Assembly (NCBI GenBank): GCA_035291025.1
Contig: DATDTB010000097.1
Location: 1 to 17,980, forward strand
Length of the DNA: 17,980 bases
From: an archaeon
GTDB lineage: Archaea > Iainarchaeota > Iainarchaeia > JAFGOX01 > DATDTB01
Reading direction: 5' to 3'
Within the stretch, counting starts at the first letter, position 1. Each line of letters starts with the position of its first letter. Below the pieces are notes generated by a model. It was given only the letters and a program-made list of their open reading frames with translations. It had not been told where the DNA came from and searched no databases. This document shows positions 14,167 through 17,980 of the stretch, in pieces. The position numbers were made by a program, and so were the translations under genes.

Positions 14167-14195
14167 TTGAGCAAAGAATTGAGCAATTTGAGCAA
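14167..14195 (+). repeat. Three direct copies of TTGAGCAA immediately upstream of the SD and start codon of the surface-protein gene
   Basis: TTGAGCAA occurs at 14167..14174, 14179..14186 and 14188..14195, followed by GGAGGT (14199..14204) and the ATG at 14213. Confidence 0.6.
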
Positions 14196-14212
14196 ATTGG
14201 AGGTTGTTGTGA

Positions 14213-16402
14213 ATGACTGAACTAGTGAACAAGGGTTTTGGGTTGATGGCTTTGCTCGCGCTGGCCTTGATGGCTTTGGCGTCAATTGCGTTCGCGCAGG
14301 GCGCGGGGGCGCAGTCAAGCGCCGAGGTGAGCGCGGCGATTCTCTCCACTAACTTGAACTATACTGACGCGTACGCCGCCGGTTCTGCGTCAGTCAAGGC
14401 AGGCGTTCCGATTCTCTACACTGCCCACGCGTCCTTGAGCGCTGACGCCAAGGCCGCGATTCAGGCGCAGGGAGTGAAAAAGGTTTACATAGTTGGTGGG
14501 CCGTTGGCTGTTTCCAGCGAAGTCGAGGCCGAGCTGAAGGCATTGGGCGTTGAAGTCGTCAGGCTGTGGGGCTACGTGTGGTATGGCACGGCGGCGGAGA
14601 TTGCCAAGGCCTTTTGGGCCGAGGGCAGCGCCGAAGTAGTCATTGCCGCGTACGACCACTCAAAGTTCGAGGCGCGGACTAGTTACCGAGTGTTGGCGTC
14701 CGCTAAAGCGCTTGCAGCATCAAAGGGGTTGCCGTTGCTGATGGTTTCCGTTGAAGGGGTGCCTTCAGTCACTGCCGAAGCCGTTGGCTTCCTTGGAGCC
14801 AAGAAAGCCTTCGTTGTCGGCGAGCTAAGCGCTGCAGCTAGGACTGAATTGGAAGGCTTGGGAGTTGAAGTCGAGTTAGTTGGGGGCGCTGACGCCGGGG
14901 TGACTGAAAGGGACGTCCGCGCAAAAATCGACGCGGAAGCCAAGGCCCATGGGAAAGGCGTTGACTTGGTAGTGATAGCCGCCAAGGAGTTCAGGCACGC
15001 CTTGCACGGCGCTTTCGTGCCAAGCGAGCACTCCGTTGTCGTGATGGTTTCAAGCGAAAGCGAGGCTGGCGCGGCAGTCGAGGCCGCAAAGTCCAGGAAC
15101 GCCGCCCGAGTCTTGATTGTTGGCGACGCCGAACTGGCTGTTAAAGTCAAGGACGCAATGGTTGCCGCTGGAGTGAACGCCTCAATTGAAGTGCGCGCCG
15201 GCGGCGCCGAGAAAAGCGCTGCTGAAAACTTCGAGCGCGAAAAACCCAGGTTCAGGGAACGCCTTGCCAAGTTCAAGGCCGAAGTCCAGGACTTCAGGGC
15301 AAAAGTCGTTGCAAGGATCCCGTCGCTCATTGAGGCAGTGCGGGACCGCATAGTGGAAATAAAGGCCGAAGCCGAGGCCGAGGGAGAATTGGACGCGGAA
15401 CTGGAAACGCGCTTGGCCCAGGTTCAGGCGGACGTTGACGCTGCCGCGCGCCTTTCCAGCGAGGGCAACTTTTACGCCGCCGCCGAGTTGCTGGTGAAGG
15501 TCGGCAATGACTTGGAGTTAAGGCACTGGGCGCAGGGCAGCGTGAAAATCAGGAGCGAAAACATTGACCACGAAGCCCGCACTACCGTGAAGTCCCGCGT
15601 GACTGCTGCGGCCATGGAGTCATTGAAAGTTCGCCTGTCCTTCCTTAAATCTGAATTGGAAGCTGGAGTCGAGGCAGGCGCCAGCGCCGGGTTGAATGAA
15701 GACGCAAGCTTCAAGGCTCACGTTGCGGCCGCGGAAAACGCGGTTGCAAGGCTTGAAAGCGCGCTCGAGTCAGGCAACGCGTCAGCGGCGTTTGGCGCAA
15801 GCGTTTCAGCCTCTCACGCGATCTTGAACGTTAAGGCGTCCGCGTCAGCCAAGTCCAGCAACGGCGAATCATTGCGGAAAAGGCTGCTGGAAGGAATACA
15901 GGACTTCAAATCAGGCTTCAAGACTGAAGTCATGCAGCGCCTGGAAACGCGTGCGAGCATTGAAGTGGAGGGCTTTTCCAAGTTCGAGTACCGAGTTCGG
16001 TCGGGCGCGAGCGCGGAAACCAGCGGCGAGTTACGTGTTTCCAGCGACGAAATTGAATTCACTGGAACCGCGGGGTTGTCAAACCCGTGCTTTAAGTTGT
16101 CCGCTGCAAAGTCCGTCAACGTGGAAACAAGGGTGCTGTCAATTGACGTAAAGAGCGAGGCCACCGGCGATGCCTGCATTCAAGTCGTTGCCAACTCCAA
16201 GTTCGAAGGCGAGCTGGAGCTTGAGGGACTGGGAGTTGAAGGCGACTGGACCGTCGAACTGGTGTACAACGGCCAAGTATTGGACTCTGAACGCGTGACA
16301 TTTGAGGCAAGCGCGGAAACGAGTGCCAAGGCAGAAATAGAGTCAAGCACTGAAACCGACTCCACTGGCACCAGTACTCGAGTCAGGGTAAGGGTGGGTT
16401 GA
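14213..16402 (+). CDS. Secreted surface (S-layer-like) protein: signal peptide, three CWB2-like repeats, Ala/Glu-rich helical region, C-terminal beta-rich domain
   Basis: The signal peptide is GFGLMALLALALMALASIAFA|QG. Three ~100-aa repeats fit the CWB2 (PF04122-like) pattern, for example GVPILYT....L......I...GVKKVYIVGGPLAVSSEVEAELKALGVEVVRLWG....GTAAEIA. Residues ~340-560 are helical (AEVQDFRAKV...). The C-terminal domain has two Cys (NPCF..., GDACIQVV). A GGAGGT SD lies 8 nt upstream of the ATG. Confidence 0.7.
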   Translation: MTELVNKGFGLMALLALALMALASIAFAQGAGAQSSAEVSAAILSTNLNYTDAYAAGSASVKAGVPILYTAHASLSADAKAAIQAQGVKKVYIVGGPLAVSSEVEAELKALGVEVVRLWGYVWYGTAAEIAKAFWAEGSAEVVIAAYDHSKFEARTSYRVLASAKALAASKGLPLLMVSVEGVPSVTAEAVGFLGAKKAFVVGELSAAARTELEGLGVEVELVGGADAGVTERDVRAKIDAEAKAHGKGVDLVVIAAKEFRHALHGAFVPSEHSVVVMVSSESEAGAAVEAAKSRNAARVLIVGDAELAVKVKDAMVAAGVNASIEVRAGGAEKSAAENFEREKPRFRERLAKFKAEVQDFRAKVVARIPSLIEAVRDRIVEIKAEAEAEGELDAELETRLAQVQADVDAAARLSSEGNFYAAAELLVKVGNDLELRHWAQGSVKIRSENIDHEARTTVKSRVTAAAMESLKVRLSFLKSELEAGVEAGASAGLNEDASFKAHVAAAENAVARLESALESGNASAAFGASVSASHAILNVKASASAKSSNGESLRKRLLEGIQDFKSGFKTEVMQRLETRASIEVEGFSKFEYRVRSGASAETSGELRVSSDEIEFTGTAGLSNPCFKLSAAKSVNVETRVLSIDVKSEATGDACIQVVANSKFEGELELEGLGVEGDWTVELVYNGQVLDSERVTFEASAETSAKAEIESSTETDSTGTSTRVRVRVG

Positions 16403-16414
16403 AAAAACCCCTCT

Positions 16415-16458
16415 TTACTTTTTTTCTTTTCTTTTTCCTTTGCATGCGCTCTTTTTTT
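16415..16458 (+). terminator. Oligo-T tracts downstream of the surface-protein gene (archaeal-type terminator candidate)
   Basis: ctttacTTTTTTTcTTTTcTTTTTcc...ctcTTTTTTTgg, including T7 runs at 16419..16425 and 16452..16458. Confidence 0.4.
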
Positions 16459-16488
16459 GGGGAATGGCTTTTGAAAGTGACAAAACTG

Positions 16489-16929
16489 ATGGGCGTACCC
16501 CTGCGTTTCTTGCTTGCAGTCCTCTTTTTGCTTGCGGGGGCGGCGCTGTTTTACGCTGGCAACTTTGAACCGCCCCGGAAAACTCCAAATGAGCCAGTTG
16601 AAGGAACCAAGGAAGGCCTGGGGGCGGGGGATGAAAACGAAGAGGCTGAAGGTTCCGGTTTTTACTGGGACCTTTACGTCCCAAAGCCTTTCCAGGACTC
16701 GAACGCCGGGCAGGACTCGAATATTGACTCGAACACTGACTCAAGCCAAGCCATGGAAACTGGAAAGACTTCCACGGGGCCGAGAATTGAAGGCCCTCCA
16801 AGCGGAGCGGACTCAAACGGTGACTCCAACGCCGTTCCAACCAACAACGACGGCGGCAGCCGGGACTCCAATGGCTTTGACGCTAACTTGGACGCCAACT
16901 TGGACTTGAACATCAGTCTGCCAATTTAA
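16489..16929 (+). CDS. Small single-pass membrane protein with an acidic D-S-N repeat tail; function unknown
   Basis: From the ATG at 16489 it reads MGVPLRFLLAVLFLLAGAALFYAG (TM segment). A low-complexity region follows with DSNAGQDSNIDSNTDSS...DSNGDSNAV...SRDSNGFDANLDANLDLN. The track start at 16399 is a TTG lying in the T-rich terminator region. Confidence 0.55.
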   Translation: MGVPLRFLLAVLFLLAGAALFYAGNFEPPRKTPNEPVEGTKEGLGAGDENEEAEGSGFYWDLYVPKPFQDSNAGQDSNIDSNTDSSQAMETGKTSTGPRIEGPPSGADSNGDSNAVPTNNDGGSRDSNGFDANLDANLDLNISLPI

Positions 16930-17086
16930 CGCCCCAGACTTTCCTTTTTGGCTTTGGAAAACGCCGTTGCCTTGGCTGAGAGTTCTTTTAAAAAGCCTTT
17001 GCAGTTAACTTGGTTGGAGCGATTTCTCGCTGTCGCAATTCCCTCGCCGGACCGGTTTTCTCCTTTGAGGGGAGAGTTTTTTTGGG

Positions 17087-17980
17087 GTGTTTTTTGTCTT
17101 GGGCTTCAAGTTTGACAAGGCGTTCTTGAGGAACTCGCTTTACCTCCTCTTGCTGAGCGGCTTCATTTTCACCTTGGGCTTCGGCGTGCGAGCGGACATG
17201 CTCAAGTACGACTACATCTTCGAGTTCGACTCTTATTACAGGGCGCGCATAGTCAAGTTGCTGCTGCAAAACGACGGATTACTGCCGGCGCAGGACCCGG
17301 GAAACTTCGCGCCGGGCCTTGACACGGGGCACGCCAGGCTTGTTGAACTAATTGGGTACAACTTGTACAAGCTTCTTTATGGCAGCGAGTACGACCAGGG
17401 AAAGTGGTTGTTGGACAAGCTGGCCCTGGCCAAGCTGCTCCCAGCAGTCTTTGGCGCTCTCACTGCTGTGGCCTTGTTTTTCTTCATGCGCGAGGTTTCG
17501 GGAAACTTTGGCGGCGTGACCGCGGGAATTCTCGCCGCGGTCGTTCCAGCGTTCGTTTACCGGACAATGGGCGGCTGGTTCGAAGACCACTCGCTTGGGT
17601 TCTTGTGGATGGTGGTGGGCTTTGCCTTCCTTGCCCGGGCCATGAAGTCGGAAAAAGTGAGCTCTTCAGTGCTCTTCAACTCGCTGGCAGCGGTGTCGTT
17701 CTTTGTGTTGATGTTTTACACGTGGGCCGCTTACATATTGATTCCGCCAATCGTTGCCATTTACTTCGTGTTGCTGACGTATTCGGATGCGGTGAAGCCC
17801 TCGCTGCAGCAGTTCTTCAGTGAAAAGCCAGTGAGAAAGAAGTACTTCTTTTTCATCTTGTCAGTGTTCGTCCTCTTGGCCACTATTCCAATGCTAGTGT
17901 GGGTTAACCCTTCAGGCTTTCCCGACGGCGGGGCAAAGAATTCCTTTGGCTTGTTCCAGTGGGGCGTTGAAGCCGCAATA
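17087..17980 (+). CDS. aglB: Oligosaccharyltransferase AglB/STT3, N-terminal ~298 codons; continues beyond the window end
   Basis: This frame is open from 17069 to the window end and is not in the ORF track. Its translation is ...LLLLSGFIFTLGFGVRADMLKYDYIFEFDSYYRARIV...VFGALTAVALFFFMREVSG...AFVYRTMGGWFEDHSLGFLWMVVGFAFL... The multi-TM layout, the D-x-YY-R first-loop motif and the G..ED H motif are typical of STT3/AglB. The start is uncertain (GTG 17087 or TTG 17099); the first ATG at 17198 would delete TM1. Confidence 0.75.
   Translation, partial: MFFVLGFKFDKAFLRNSLYLLLLSGFIFTLGFGVRADMLKYDYIFEFDSYYRARIVKLLLQNDGLLPAQDPGNFAPGLDTGHARLVELIGYNLYKLLYGSEYDQGKWLLDKLALAKLLPAVFGALTAVALFFFMREVSGNFGGVTAGILAAVVPAFVYRTMGGWFEDHSLGFLWMVVGFAFLARAMKSEKVSSSVLFNSLAAVSFFVLMFYTWAAYILIPPIVAIYFVLLTYSDAVKPSLQQFFSEKPVRKKYFFFILSVFVLLATIPMLVWVNPSGFPDGGAKNSFGLFQWGVEAAI

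Noticed and set aside
13944-14216. A 90-aa ORF in the spacer between the regulator and the surface-protein gene
   Set aside because: It has no recognisable motifs, covers the likely promoter/leader and the TTGAGCAA repeats, and ends inside the SD/start of the next gene.
16399-16488. A TTG start at 16399 that extends the D-S-N repeat protein by 30 Phe/Leu-rich residues
   Set aside because: The extension comes from translating the oligo-T terminator-like tract after the upstream gene. The internal ATG at 16489 is followed directly by a good TM helix.
17020-17040. An 11-nt match (GATTTCTCGCT) to the IS left end, as a possible solo IS remnant upstream of aglB
   Set aside because: Similarity does not extend beyond 11 nt. 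Many chance 11-mer repeats are expected in an 18-kb window read on both strands.
16988-17823. Track ORFs 16988..17269 (-), 17348..17590 (-) and 17404..17823 (+)
   Set aside because: All overlap the open frame that encodes a clear AglB/STT3 N-terminus. Their translations are Arg/Gly-rich or have no motifs.
1-17980. A scan for tRNA genes and CRISPR arrays
   Set aside because: No T-arm (GGTTCGAATCC-like) context occurs outside coding sequence, and no regularly spaced 25-40-nt direct repeats were seen.

Overview
This window is archaeal chromosomal DNA. Evidence: TBP, Rpo4/RpoF, ribosomal protein eL21, a DUF655 protein, a KsgA/Dim1-like protein, a stand-alone 5S rRNA, an AglB/STT3 oligosaccharyltransferase, and pilins with class III signal peptides. 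Calls rest on reading the translations and recalling family motifs; no similarity search was possible. Layout, left to right: (1) a partial tnpB-only IS200/IS605-family element on the minus strand, 1..~549. (2) The conserved minus-strand informational operon eL21 - Rpo4 - DUF655 - KsgA-like, in which the KsgA homolog appears to have lost both its SAM-binding and catalytic motifs. (3) Divergent tbp with a lysine-rich N-terminal tail, followed by 5S rRNA. (4) A PIN (COG2405-like) / UPF0175-like toxin-antitoxin pair whose antitoxin looks frameshifted. (5) Five tandem archaeal type IV pilin-like genes; three share a near-identical N-terminus, and four of the five share the C-terminal strand, around variable cores. 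(6) A second, complete tnpB-only IS copy, ~7270..8638, with matching CCCAC-N10-GTGGG hairpins at both ends. It sits between the pilin array and the next two genes. (7) Two tandem ~680-aa coiled-coil paralogs with a shared C-terminal winged-helix-like module. (8) A divergent membrane-anchored wHTH regulator. (9) A secreted surface protein with a triple CWB2-like repeat. (10) A small membrane protein with D-S-N repeats. (11) The 5' part of aglB. The most unusual content is the apparent cell-surface locus at 4682..17980: pilins, the coiled-coil pair, regulator, surface protein and AglB, with no pilus assembly ATPase, platform protein or prepilin peptidase in view.
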